Assembly (NCBI GenBank): GCA_001001485.1
Contig: LCKO01000003.1
Coordinates: forward strand, 223-64,222
Origin: Candidatus Collierbacteria bacterium GW2011_GWB2_45_17
Lineage (GTDB): Bacteria > Patescibacteriota > Microgenomatia > UBA1400 > MFAQ01
Direction of reading: 5' to 3'
Length of the DNA: 64,000 bases
Positions 1 through 9,978 of this stretch are shown piece by piece. Both the position numbers and the translations under genes were made by a program. Below the pieces are notes generated by a model. That model did no database searches. It was not told the DNA's origin and worked only from the letters and a program-made list of their open reading frames with translations. Positions within the stretch are counted from its first letter, which is position 1; each line of letters opens with the position of its first letter.

Positions 1-1068
1 TTTCATGGCATTTGGATAACTTTCTGGCTTCCATCCATATGTTTTTTGGTAATATTCATGTTCAGGGATACTCATATAATGGACACCCACGCCAATACCC
101 CTCTTCGTCATTTCATCCAGGAAATCATCTCTGCTTATTGAGGTTTTTTCCTTATCAATTAAGATGGTATAGAGATGGTATGCATGTCTCGTATCTTTTT
201 CTATATCCGCAGGTATCCCTAGGGGTAATTCTTTTAAAGCCTGATTGTATCTTTTCCAGATTTTTTCTCGTTTCAGCCAATTTTGAGCGACTCTTTTCAA
301 TTGATGAATCCCTATCGCAGCCTGAAGATCCATCATATTATATTTGTATCCACACTCCACCACCTGATAATGTTTAAAACCCGCATCACCAAATCTCTTC
401 CATGCATCTTTCGACATTCCATGCAAACCCAAAATTTTAATTTTGCTTGCGTCTTCTGCGTTTTTAGCTAACACCATTCCACCTTCTCCCGTAACCACAT
501 TCTTTGTAGAATAAAAACTAAAACATCCAAACCTCCCAAATGTCCCAGCTTTCTTGCTATGATATTCAGTCTCAATTGCGTGAGCGCAATCTTCAATTAT
601 ATGAAGATTGTGTTTTGAAGCTATGGATAGTATTTCGTCCATTTCACAAGCTCGACCGGCAAAGTGTACAGGGATGATTGCTTTTGTCTTTTTTGTGATT
701 TTTTTTCTAATTTCATCAGGATCAATGTTATATGTCTGTGGGTTAATATCTGCCAATATTGGAATTGCTCCTGCATGAATGATTGTATTTACGGTTGCAC
801 AAAAAGTCATAGGGGTAGTAATGACTTCATCCCCCTTACCGATGCCACAGGCCAACAAACTTAAGTGCAAAGCAGCTGTGCAAGAGTTCACCCCCATCGC
901 ATATTCGGCATTTTCGTATTGTCTAAAATCTTCTTCAAATTTAGCCACTCTTGGGCCAGTCCCGAGCCAGCTACTTTTCATTGTCGCAACCACTTCCCTT
1001 ATTTCCTCCTTCTCTATCAGTGGAGATCCAAAGACAATAAACTTCTTTGGCTTAAATATCTTATTCAT
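1..1068 (-). CDS. DegT/DnrJ/EryC1/StrS family sugar aminotransferase (PLP-dependent); 3' end runs off window start
   Basis: Minus-strand ATG at 1066-1068 gives MNKIFKPKKFIVFGSPLIEKEEIREVVATMKSSWLGTGPRVAKFEEDF...; downstream residues ...LGLHGMSKDAWKRF... match DegT-family aminotransferases. Not in the ORF track because no stop lies inside the window. Read continuously in frame to position 1. Confidence 0.75.
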   Translation of the reverse strand, partial: MNKIFKPKKFIVFGSPLIEKEEIREVVATMKSSWLGTGPRVAKFEEDFRQYENAEYAMGVNSCTAALHLSLLACGIGKGDEVITTPMTFCATVNTIIHAGAIPILADINPQTYNIDPDEIRKKITKKTKAIIPVHFAGRACEMDEILSIASKHNLHIIEDCAHAIETEYHSKKAGTFGRFGCFSFYSTKNVVTGEGGMVLAKNAEDASKIKILGLHGMSKDAWKRFGDAGFKHYQVVECGYKYNMMDLQAAIGIHQLKRVAQNWLKREKIWKRYNQALKELPLGIPADIEKDTRHAYHLYTILIDKEKTSISRDDFLDEMTKRGIGVGVHYMSIPEHEYYQKTYGWKPESYPNAMK

Positions 1069-1131
1069 AAAAATAAAAATTTAATATAATCAGTAGCATA
1101 TCACAGAAGTCGGGTAGTACAATAACTACTT

Positions 1132-2184
1132 ATGACTAAGACTAAACATCCTAAGATCAAGACTCTTCCGTTAGTGTCGTTTGTTACCCCAACTTTCAAC
1201 AGTTCCCGATATATTGGGGACAATCTCAAATCAATCCTCATGCAAGACTACCCAAAGGAAAAAATCGAAATTCTGTGGGCAGATGGAGGATCTACTGATA
1301 ATACGGCCGAGTTAGCAAAAAAATATAAGGTCCGTTTTATTAAGAATAAATATATTTTAGGAGATCCTGGTTTTGCTGTTGGAGGTGAGACCGCCAAAGG
1401 CGAGTTTGTCGTCTTTATGGGGCACGATAATCAACTAGTTCAAAAAGACTGGATAAGAAGGATGTTAAAACCATTCATGAATGATCCGGAAATTGCCGCA
1501 GCCTATCCCCATCTCGACAATAAAGATACTGATAGCTGGATGACCCAATATGTTAACCGCTTTACCGATCCCGGAAATCATTTTGTCTATGGTTATGCCA
1601 ACAATCCTCTAACTTTTGGGAAGGTGTACAAAACTCTCAAAAAGGGTAAGGGGTGGGTGGTCTACGACTTCCAGCTTAAAAACCACCCCATCCTTGAATT
1701 CGAGCAAGGCTTTATGCTTAGAAAAAGCGCTTATAAACGTGCCAAGAGCACTTATTATTGTGGCATTATGGCGGTCATTGATATGATTAGACTGAAAAAA
1801 CAATTTGCTTATGTCCCCGGGGCCAGTAATTACCACGAAACTTTGGACGGAGGACTCAAACAATTCATCAGTAAACACCGCTGGGCGATCGATTATCAGC
1901 TGGATAGAAGAGAAACCTTCGGTATGTACAAAGACAAATTTGGTCTTAAAGGAAGGAAACAATATATTTCTTTAGCAAGAAAGATCCGGATGTATTTCTA
2001 TCCTTTTTATGGAGTCAGTATTGTCCTTCCTGTATTGCGTGCACTGTTTATGTATATTAAAGACGGTGATAAAGAATGGATGTACCATCCGTTAATTACA
2101 TTTGTTTCCGCCTTCACTATTTGGCAAGAAGCCTTTCGTATCATTATCCTTAGACGTAGCCCAATAATGGAAAGGTATGCCTAA
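1132..2184 (+). CDS. Glycosyltransferase family 2 with C-terminal membrane segment
   Basis: N-terminus LVSFVTPTFNSSRYIGDNLKSILMQDYPKEKIEILWADGGSTDNT is a GT2 signature; hydrophobic C-terminus; stop overlaps the next start (TAATG). Confidence 0.6.
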   Translation: MTKTKHPKIKTLPLVSFVTPTFNSSRYIGDNLKSILMQDYPKEKIEILWADGGSTDNTAELAKKYKVRFIKNKYILGDPGFAVGGETAKGEFVVFMGHDNQLVQKDWIRRMLKPFMNDPEIAAAYPHLDNKDTDSWMTQYVNRFTDPGNHFVYGYANNPLTFGKVYKTLKKGKGWVVYDFQLKNHPILEFEQGFMLRKSAYKRAKSTYYCGIMAVIDMIRLKKQFAYVPGASNYHETLDGGLKQFISKHRWAIDYQLDRRETFGMYKDKFGLKGRKQYISLARKIRMYFYPFYGVSIVLPVLRALFMYIKDGDKEWMYHPLITFVSAFTIWQEAFRIIILRRSPIMERYA

Positions 2185-2969
2185 TGTTCAATAAAATCCT
2201 TTTAGCTGTAAGATCAATTAGAAATATTCATCGATTGCTGATAGATTATTTAGGTCTGGTTAAAGGAGATGTGGTCTATCGACTCTGGAATGGTAACTCC
2301 TTTGCTGCGAGAGCAGGAACTACAGATGTATCGGAAATAATCATAAATAACGCTGATTCGGAGTACCCCAGCAACTTTTTTCCGGCTAACTATAGACCGG
2401 TAATTTTTGATGTTGGCGCAAATATTGGTGAAACTGCCCTTTTTATTTACCGGAAGTTAAGGCTCAACAAACCGTCAATCTATGCTTTTGAACCAAACTC
2501 AAAAAACTATACATACTTATTGAAGAATATAAAAATAAATCACTCGGGGTGGAGTATAAAACCCTTCAAGCTAGCTTTGGCGGGAGAATCCGGATCAGCT
2601 AGACTAAATTTTAACAGCTACCACTATGATGGAGGTTTCATTGAGGATATCAAAAACAAAAGAACAACTTCAAATTCGGAAAAAGTAAAGACTGTTTCAC
2701 TGATGGAATTTTGTAAGAAAAACAAAATCGAGTCTATCGACCTTCTAAAGATGGATATCGAAGGTAGTGAATATGGGGTTTTCAGCTCAACCATTGGCTT
2801 CATTAAAAAACATGTAAAATCAATTTTTGTGGAGCTACACAATCTAGACAAAGTCAATAATTACAGCAACTTCAAAAAACAAATCGTCAAACAAGGTTTC
2901 GTCATAAAGGCCGAAATCATGAACAGAACCATTTTCCTTAGCAATACTTTTTATAATGAAAAAATATAG
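2184..2969 (+). CDS. FkbM-family methyltransferase
   Basis: FDVGANIGETALFI ... FEPNSKNY ... LLKMDIEGSEYGV are typical of Methyltransf_21 (FkbM). Confidence 0.65.
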   Translation: MFNKILLAVRSIRNIHRLLIDYLGLVKGDVVYRLWNGNSFAARAGTTDVSEIIINNADSEYPSNFFPANYRPVIFDVGANIGETALFIYRKLRLNKPSIYAFEPNSKNYTYLLKNIKINHSGWSIKPFKLALAGESGSARLNFNSYHYDGGFIEDIKNKRTTSNSEKVKTVSLMEFCKKNKIESIDLLKMDIEGSEYGVFSSTIGFIKKHVKSIFVELHNLDKVNNYSNFKKQIVKQGFVIKAEIMNRTIFLSNTFYNEKI

Positions 2970-3633
2970 TAATTCCATTTCCGAAAGGCTTACCGGTCGA
3001 CATAAATTCAGTTTTGTCTGGTGTGGTGACATCAAAGGTTTGTCCATACTGGATGTCGGTAGCTCCTTCGGCTGGTTTGAAAAGTTCGCTGTTGAAGCCG
3101 GGGCTAAAAAGGTGGTCGGTATTGAACCGGAAGGTGAATCTTTCTACAAAGCACAAAAGGAAGTGCCCAAAGCAGTTTTCAAAAGAGGCACAGCTTTAAA
3201 AATTCCGGAAAAAGATTCTTCTTACGATCTCGTGGTAATGTTCGATGTTATCGAGCATATTCCTGTGGGTACGGAAGATCAGGCTTTAAAAGAAATTTAC
3301 CGCGTCCTTAAAAAGGGTGGTTCGTTCATCATGTCCACCGATTATGATTTATGGATCTCCAAAATTATGGATCCTGCCTGGTATTTCGGTCACAGGCATT
3401 ACAGTCAACAAAGATTGGAAAAATTATTTCGTAAAGCTGGATTTCGGGTCGAGCAAGTTGAGCGTAGAGGCGGCTTTTTTGAAATAATCGGAACCATCCT
3501 ACTATATATTTTTAAATGGATCTTTAGATCAGAGGTGCCCTTTAAAAGCTTTATTAACCGGCAAAAGGATAGTGAATATTTAGACAAAAATGATGGCCTT
3601 GTTACTATTTTCGTAAGGTCCTCCAAACAATAA
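2956..3633 (+). CDS. Class I SAM-dependent methyltransferase
   Basis: ILDVGSSFGWF (motif I), VLKKGGSFIMS (post II); Methyltransf_11/23-like. Confidence 0.6.
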   Translation: MKKYSNSISERLTGRHKFSFVWCGDIKGLSILDVGSSFGWFEKFAVEAGAKKVVGIEPEGESFYKAQKEVPKAVFKRGTALKIPEKDSSYDLVVMFDVIEHIPVGTEDQALKEIYRVLKKGGSFIMSTDYDLWISKIMDPAWYFGHRHYSQQRLEKLFRKAGFRVEQVERRGGFFEIIGTILLYIFKWIFRSEVPFKSFINRQKDSEYLDKNDGLVTIFVRSSKQ

Positions 3634-3637
3634 ATTC

Positions 3638-4540
3638 ATGTACAAAACAATTATCCCCGGGCTAGTGTCGGTAGATACAGAACTCAGGAGCCTGAATGGA
3701 TTTGTGATGTGTCAGAATTTTGATTTTTTTCCAAAAACCAAAAATAAGCTTAAATTTCATTACACTCTAAAAGTGGAGAATGATATAAGTATCCCTGAAG
3801 AATATGATCTTAGGAGTGAATATTATGTTAAAAAGGGGGAGGCTTGGTATTTTTCAAGAAATATTTTCTTCTGGCATCCTTCATTTAAATTCGATCAGTC
3901 AACAAAAACTTTGTCATTTAATCGCGACTACTTACTAATGCCAATCAGCCTTGGGGGAATATTTACCGTGGGAGAACATTTATCCAATCTCATAGATCTA
4001 GATTTATTCTTAAACGAATATGTAGTCATGAGAGGCGTCGCTTTTAAAAAAGACAATAGTGTAATTGGGATCTGTGCACCAGGTTTCAACGGAAAAACAA
4101 CTCTCTTAAAAAAGATGTTAGCGGGTGGTGCGTTGTACTTAGCCGAGGATTATCTTATTCTAGATACGAAAAAATCTATAATTTATCCAACCTGTCCACT
4201 TGCGAAAGAAAATTTTTGGAGAAGAAGAAAAATCTCAGGTAATATTTTCCACCTAATATCTAAAAAATCACAAGCCTATCATCCCTTAAAGCTAGACAAA
4301 TTAATTTTACTTGAGAATACTCTAAATCAACAAACAACCAAGACAAATAGAACTGTGGAAGATTTTCTAATACTAAACTCACTTTATTTTTTGAATAATT
4401 TGTTTATAAAATCGATAATATTTGACCGTAGTTTAACTATAAAATTACTGGATACAATTAATCTAACGGCTTCCCTTCTCAACAGGGCTAGCAAAAGGGT
4501 TACTTATAACTTTGACGATACCTTTATAACTAGTTTATGA
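3638..4540 (+). CDS. HprK-related serine-kinase-like P-loop protein
   Basis: GICAPGFNGKTTLLKKMLAGGALYLAEDYLILD resembles the HPr kinase C-terminal domain Walker A (GxSGxGKS) followed by LVADD. Confidence 0.4.
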   Translation: MYKTIIPGLVSVDTELRSLNGFVMCQNFDFFPKTKNKLKFHYTLKVENDISIPEEYDLRSEYYVKKGEAWYFSRNIFFWHPSFKFDQSTKTLSFNRDYLLMPISLGGIFTVGEHLSNLIDLDLFLNEYVVMRGVAFKKDNSVIGICAPGFNGKTTLLKKMLAGGALYLAEDYLILDTKKSIIYPTCPLAKENFWRRRKISGNIFHLISKKSQAYHPLKLDKLILLENTLNQQTTKTNRTVEDFLILNSLYFLNNLFIKSIIFDRSLTIKLLDTINLTASLLNRASKRVTYNFDDTFITSL

Positions 4541-5277
4541 AATCATATAGTACCGAATCCAATATAAAATATTGGGACCAGTGGAATATTAAGTATTCTG
4601 ATGTTTGGAAAACAACCGCTCGGCAAATAATGTCCAAAAAGGAAACCGGACTTATTTCAAAGGAGTTAAGGAAACTTAAGGCCACGAACATTCTAGATAT
4701 TGGAATCGGGAATGGACGCATTCTTGAGATTTTAAACAACAAATCCGTTCCGAAAGCAAAAATTTATGGTATTGATATTTCCGGAGAAATGGTCAAGATT
4801 TGTCAAAACAAATTCACGAATCAATTTAAAATTGTCCAACTAAAGACTTGCGATTTATCGGTACAAGGCCTGCCTTTTAAAGTTAAATTTGATCTGGTTA
4901 CCTCTATAAGAGTTTTAAAATACAACGCTAATTGGAAAAAAATGATTAAAAGAGTTTTTGATAGTCTAAATCCGGGAGGAGTCTTTATCTTTACTATGCC
5001 AAATAAACTCTCGGTTTCCGGCTTAAGCGGAGATACGTTTTCGGATAATAATTCTCCGATAATCTATTCCAATATTCTGGAGCTTAAAAAAGTAACTTCG
5101 GATACCGGCTTTTCCGGTTTTGAGGTACTCGCTTTTAGCAAACTTCCCAACTTCTTATACCACATGAGCAACAATCGTTTTTTTGTAAAGCTCCTTCTAT
5201 CGACAGAAACAGTATTGGAAAAAATACTGGGACAATCACTCTTTGGGAGAGAACTCTTCGTAATCTGCGCCCGCTAA
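4537..5277 (+). CDS. Class I SAM-dependent methyltransferase
   Basis: ILDIGIGNGRILEIL, IYGIDISGEMV, LNPGGVFIFTMPN motifs. Confidence 0.55.
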   Translation: MKSYSTESNIKYWDQWNIKYSDVWKTTARQIMSKKETGLISKELRKLKATNILDIGIGNGRILEILNNKSVPKAKIYGIDISGEMVKICQNKFTNQFKIVQLKTCDLSVQGLPFKVKFDLVTSIRVLKYNANWKKMIKRVFDSLNPGGVFIFTMPNKLSVSGLSGDTFSDNNSPIIYSNILELKKVTSDTGFSGFEVLAFSKLPNFLYHMSNNRFFVKLLLSTETVLEKILGQSLFGRELFVICAR

Positions 5278-5278
5278 T

Positions 5279-6487
5279 ATGAATCCTCGAAAAATTTTGT
5301 ATATAAACTTGGGTGACAATGTTCCCTATACTTATGACAAAATTGCCGGACGAGTGTTGTACTGGGCATCGAAAAACAACAAAATCACCTTGTTGGTTCC
5401 CGAACTTAGTGCTAGTAATATTTTCAAAGAAATCTTTGAAAAAGCACCTAATAACATTCGTCTTCTAAAATCACCTTATAGCAATAAAGTCGCTATATCA
5501 ACACTGTCGATTGTCTTTAGTTATCTGTTACGAATAATTTTTGCTCCATTCATCTTATTTGATCGCAAATCTGATTTCGATATTGCAATTTCAAACTCAG
5601 CATTTTTTGTAGATATTTTCCCTGTGTTAATTCTGAAACTTTTTTACAGATGTAAACATTGGGTGTTAATCATGGATAGTGTAGTGCCTTCACCGGAAAT
5701 GAGAAGCGGCAATAAACTCATTAATGTCCTCACCTACTATGAATCACTCATCGTTGGCAAGATTGCCAATCGTTTCTCCGATAAGATCCTCACGGTCAAC
5801 GCCGAACTGAAGAAAGAGCTGATTAGTCGAGGAATAGATTCAAAAAAAATAGCCTCTACAAAAAACGGCTTATTTATAAATAATATCGCCAGTGCCAAAC
5901 AAAATCAAAAATTCAAATCAGACGCTGTATATCAGGGGAGAATTAGCCCCAACAAGGGCGTAGATGATCTATTGTATGTTTGGAAAGAAGTAGTGAGGCA
6001 AAAACCCAAGTCCAGACTTGTTATTATGGGTACAGGTCTCAAACAGCATACAAGTCACCTAGAACAATTACTTCGGAAGCTAAATATTGAAAATAGTGTA
6101 CGGTACTTGGGTTTCACTCCAAATCCAACCAAGTACGAAATCATGAAAAGTAGTAAGCTATTCCTTTATCTCTCTAAGGTTAATGCCGATGAAAGCTGGG
6201 GAATCAGTCTAATGGAAGCTTTGAGCTGTGGCTTGCCGGCAATTAGTTATGATTTGCCGATATATGAAAATATTTATCACACCGAGAGCCTGATCAGAGT
6301 GTCTAATGGGGATATCGGTCTTGTTGCAAAAAAAATCATCGGATTGTTGGACAACCCTAAACTAAGAAATGACTTAAGTTCAAAATCTCAAACATTTTCC
6401 TCCCAATTTGACTGGGATAATATTGCCAAGAAGGATTTGCGATTACTAAATGCTATTATGAAGGATGAAAATAACCACCAAAATTAA
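5279..6487 (+). CDS. Glycosyltransferase family 4 (GT-B, retaining)
   Basis: C-terminal ...GISLMEALSCGLPAISYDLPIYENI... matches the GT4 EX7E region; the 402-aa length is typical. Confidence 0.65.
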   Translation: MNPRKILYINLGDNVPYTYDKIAGRVLYWASKNNKITLLVPELSASNIFKEIFEKAPNNIRLLKSPYSNKVAISTLSIVFSYLLRIIFAPFILFDRKSDFDIAISNSAFFVDIFPVLILKLFYRCKHWVLIMDSVVPSPEMRSGNKLINVLTYYESLIVGKIANRFSDKILTVNAELKKELISRGIDSKKIASTKNGLFINNIASAKQNQKFKSDAVYQGRISPNKGVDDLLYVWKEVVRQKPKSRLVIMGTGLKQHTSHLEQLLRKLNIENSVRYLGFTPNPTKYEIMKSSKLFLYLSKVNADESWGISLMEALSCGLPAISYDLPIYENIYHTESLIRVSNGDIGLVAKKIIGLLDNPKLRNDLSSKSQTFSSQFDWDNIAKKDLRLLNAIMKDENNHQN

Positions 6488-7301
6488 CAGCATCGAGTTA
6501 AGAAGAAGTTTTGTTTGTCCTTACGATCACCACAAATTACTATTTCTGTCAAAAAACAGTGAAGGAAAGAAATATGTGTGTACTTTGTGCAAAAGAGAAT
6601 ATCCTCTGGTAAACAAAGCCCCAAATTTTTTGCCGGATGGGTTACGAGAATGGACAACGAACCAATACCGGTCAAATAAAACTCTAAGTAAGAAATCAGA
6701 ATCTATGATCGGAAAATGGAAACCTGGTTTTAGAGGATGGTCTCCCAACTGCTGGATTAAAATCCTCAGTTTCGGGGTTGGAGAAGGAAGGATTACTCCT
6801 ATCCCCAAAGGATCTTTGTTGGATGTTGGTTGTGGGGATGTAGCCAAAGGTGATGTAAATACCGATGTGTATTTCCCATCACCACTCCCGGAAAATTTTG
6901 TTTTAGCAACAGCCGAGCAACTACCCTTCAAAGACAATTCGTTTGACATGGTCCGCAGTGCATATGTTATAGAACATAACCTATATCCGGTAGAAATGAT
7001 TAAGGAACACTTCCGTGTTTGCAAAAAACAGGTCGAGATTTATACTGATAATTCAGACTGGTTGGGTGTTTATATTTATAGATTATTAAATATTGGTTCT
7101 ATCTTTCACGACGAGCATTACTTCAAGTGGTCAGTTGAATATTTTAGGAATATCTTAAACCGACTAAACTACAAAGGTAAGGTAGAAGTCTTTAACACAA
7201 GTCCATCTATTTTAGTTAAAATGATGTCATGGTTTGGGAAATTGCCCCGGATCGGGATAGTTTTTTACAGAGATTTATATGCAGAAATATACAAAAAGTA
7301 G
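6465..7301 (+). CDS. SAM-dependent methyltransferase with N-terminal Trm112-like zinc ribbon
   Basis: CPYDHH...CTLCKREYPL (CxxC..CxxC) followed by LDVGCGDVAKGDV and LPFKDNSFDMVRSAYVIEH (Methyltransf_11). Confidence 0.5.
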   Translation: MKITTKINSIELRRSFVCPYDHHKLLFLSKNSEGKKYVCTLCKREYPLVNKAPNFLPDGLREWTTNQYRSNKTLSKKSESMIGKWKPGFRGWSPNCWIKILSFGVGEGRITPIPKGSLLDVGCGDVAKGDVNTDVYFPSPLPENFVLATAEQLPFKDNSFDMVRSAYVIEHNLYPVEMIKEHFRVCKKQVEIYTDNSDWLGVYIYRLLNIGSIFHDEHYFKWSVEYFRNILNRLNYKGKVEVFNTSPSILVKMMSWFGKLPRIGIVFYRDLYAEIYKK

Positions 7302-9978
7302 AGAAGTACTATTGGTTTTTCTTTTCTTCTTTATACTAACTACCGTCTTTTTTAGAACGATTATTTTCTCTAAAGGAATCATAGTCGGCCATGATTGGAT
7401 GCTTCCTTACAATAGTCCGCAAATGGAGCGATACATAGAGCACCTCTTCTATACATGGACATACGATATGAACCTCTTTGGAGTCAAAAATCCATTCTTC
7501 GTTCAAATGCCCTTTATACTATTAACAAAGATATTTTTAGTGCTTGGCTTGAACGGTGAACTACTATCCAAGACCCTACTCATTTTAGTTTTTACACTTT
7601 CTGGGCTATCAATGTTTCTTCTACTAAGATATCTAAGGCTAAACAAAACAAGTTCAGTTTTAGGTGGTTTTATCCTAATTACCATGCCAGTTTTTTTTGA
7701 TTACACTGTTATGGGATGGTTATTTGTTCTTTTCTCCATAGGCGTCATCTTGCCAATTTGTCTTATTTGCTTTATCAAGTCTATTGAAGAAAACAACACA
7801 TTCTACTCCATGTTAGCCGGCCTCTTGTTTTCGATTGCAATTCTACAGAGTCAGTCTTTGGTGTGGTATCCAATGGTTTTTCTTGCTCTGTCGATTTCTC
7901 TTATAAAAGACAGAACTACATTTGTTAGATATTTTAAATCATCTGTCATTGTTATGGTTATAGCTTTATCTCTACATGCAAGTTGGATACCAAATCTCTT
8001 TATATATAGAGACTCTGGTGTTATTAACTCTGACTTAGCATTAGATTCAGTTAGTCTTGGAATGAGATCTCGTCTAAGTTATGTAAACATACTTAGGGGG
8101 TGGGGGGGATTATTTAACTACCACTATGAAATTAGTTACCCCAAAGCTCTGATGTCTATTTCGTTTTTGATTCCTTTTTTGGCTTTTGCTTCCATAATGA
8201 TAAAAATAAAGAATCAAGTGGATATTCGTTTCGGAATGACAATCTTAATTACCTACATGTTTATACTATATTCAATTAGCCCTCAAATGATGTCAAAAAT
8301 TCCGTTCTCTAATATAATTAGAGATACTGGTAGGTTCACCGCACTAACCTCATTTGCTTTTACTGTTTTGGCTAGTTATTTTATAAACTTCATGTTTAGG
8401 ATAGAAAACAAAAAATACAAGATCTTGACATGGGGACTCGTCGCCTTGATCATTATTAATGCCACCCCTTTTTTAAATGGTGAATTGTGGGGTGAACCTC
8501 AAAGAGGATATGATGTTAGACTAAGAAATTATGTTTTTCCGTATGATTACACACTGGCAGAATCCTTTTTATACACCAAAGTTACCGATTCAAAGGTCTA
8601 TTATCCTCCAAGCGGCACCAATATTGGCATCATAGATAAAACACCTTTCTTTGGTGACTTTCGAGAAATAAAGGACCCTTTCAGGGGGTACTCTCCCTCT
8701 CCTGGGACTATCTATATGTACTACAGCAGTATGGGAAAACCTTCTAAAATAGCCGCCCTGCTTGATGCTATTTTTGATAAAAAAGTTGATACTGCCTCTC
8801 TTAAACTTCTTGGACTAATGAATATCGAAAGTGTCATCTTGAGAGACGATATTTTCTATCCAGAAAACCAGGCACAAAATATTAAGGATCTGACAAAAGT
8901 AGGTTCAGAATTTGATTTTGTAAAATTTGGGTCCGTCAAAATATTTTCGAATAAGAATTTTTTGCCACATTTTTACATTCCAGACGACATCACCTACTCA
9001 CCAGACGACATCAGTACTATACCTCAAATCCTGGATTTAAAGTCTAATTCAGATAGACCAGGAATATTCCTAGGTACGGAAAGAGAAGACGAGGTATTAT
9101 CCAAGACAGCAAATGTTTTTATCGTCAAGGGATCAAGAGTAAAAACACAAACTGATATAAATTCTTCCGGTGAAGACACTAGGACCTACGAGTTTCAAAT
9201 TCCCAAAGATGGAGAATATGAAATAAATACCAGTATCAGATCAACATTCAATCTATCAGGGCTTAAAGCAATAAATATAAAAAAGATTGGGACAAGGGGA
9301 GAAAAAACATTTCAAACAATATCAATAAATAGAGGGACATCTTTAAAATCAGAAAATGACAAGTACATTGAATGGGGGAAAATTAATCTTGGACAAGGGA
9401 AAAACTTAATAGTGTTTCCTTATAGTAAAAAAACAAACCCACAGAGTGAAAAAGATGATAACGATCTAATTTTATTAAAAAATATTTCTCCAACCGATGT
9501 CTACTCCTCAGATATGCCAGAGATTAGTTTTGAGCGAATAAACCCCACTAAGTATAAAGTGAGTATTTCTGAGGCGACTAATCCATTCGTTTTGGTTTTT
9601 TCAGAAAGTTATCACGAGGGTTGGAAAATCTTTTTAGATAACTCTGTAGACAGGACAACAAAAATGGACAGAACCTACTTCAACGGTGAGATAGGTGAAG
9701 GTAATCACAAGACGTCATTCCTAGACCTCAACACTTTTGAAACCTGGGGACAAAAGCCAATTTTAGATGACTCGCATCGAAGCATCAACGGATATGCAAA
9801 CTCCTGGATCATTGACCCAAATAAATTGAATGGAGACAGATTTCAACTAGTCGTCGAATATCTTCCGCAACGAAACTTTATACTTGGGCTAACATTTTCG
9901 GTCATAACATTCATATTATATTTAATATATATTTGTTATTTCGTAGTAAATAAATTTTACAAAACCCATTCTCTGTGA
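7279..9978 (+). CDS. Large polytopic membrane protein (about 400-aa multi-TM N-terminus plus about 500-aa extracytoplasmic C-terminus), possible GT-C-fold transferase
   Basis: 899 aa; multiple hydrophobic helices in the first half; soluble C-terminal half; lies inside the glycan operon. No family recognised. Confidence 0.35.
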   Translation: MQKYTKSREVLLVFLFFFILTTVFFRTIIFSKGIIVGHDWMLPYNSPQMERYIEHLFYTWTYDMNLFGVKNPFFVQMPFILLTKIFLVLGLNGELLSKTLLILVFTLSGLSMFLLLRYLRLNKTSSVLGGFILITMPVFFDYTVMGWLFVLFSIGVILPICLICFIKSIEENNTFYSMLAGLLFSIAILQSQSLVWYPMVFLALSISLIKDRTTFVRYFKSSVIVMVIALSLHASWIPNLFIYRDSGVINSDLALDSVSLGMRSRLSYVNILRGWGGLFNYHYEISYPKALMSISFLIPFLAFASIMIKIKNQVDIRFGMTILITYMFILYSISPQMMSKIPFSNIIRDTGRFTALTSFAFTVLASYFINFMFRIENKKYKILTWGLVALIIINATPFLNGELWGEPQRGYDVRLRNYVFPYDYTLAESFLYTKVTDSKVYYPPSGTNIGIIDKTPFFGDFREIKDPFRGYSPSPGTIYMYYSSMGKPSKIAALLDAIFDKKVDTASLKLLGLMNIESVILRDDIFYPENQAQNIKDLTKVGSEFDFVKFGSVKIFSNKNFLPHFYIPDDITYSPDDISTIPQILDLKSNSDRPGIFLGTEREDEVLSKTANVFIVKGSRVKTQTDINSSGEDTRTYEFQIPKDGEYEINTSIRSTFNLSGLKAINIKKIGTRGEKTFQTISINRGTSLKSENDKYIEWGKINLGQGKNLIVFPYSKKTNPQSEKDDNDLILLKNISPTDVYSSDMPEISFERINPTKYKVSISEATNPFVLVFSESYHEGWKIFLDNSVDRTTKMDRTYFNGEIGEGNHKTSFLDLNTFETWGQKPILDDSHRSINGYANSWIIDPNKLNGDRFQLVVEYLPQRNFILGLTFSVITFILYLIYICYFVVNKFYKTHSL

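Noticed and set aside
12-1089. Five plus-strand ORFs (12-377, 283-471, 664-864, 779-1084, 865-1089)
   Set aside because: They lie antisense to a clear DegT-family aminotransferase that reads continuously on the minus strand from 1068 to the window edge. Their translations are low-complexity, so they are shadow ORFs.
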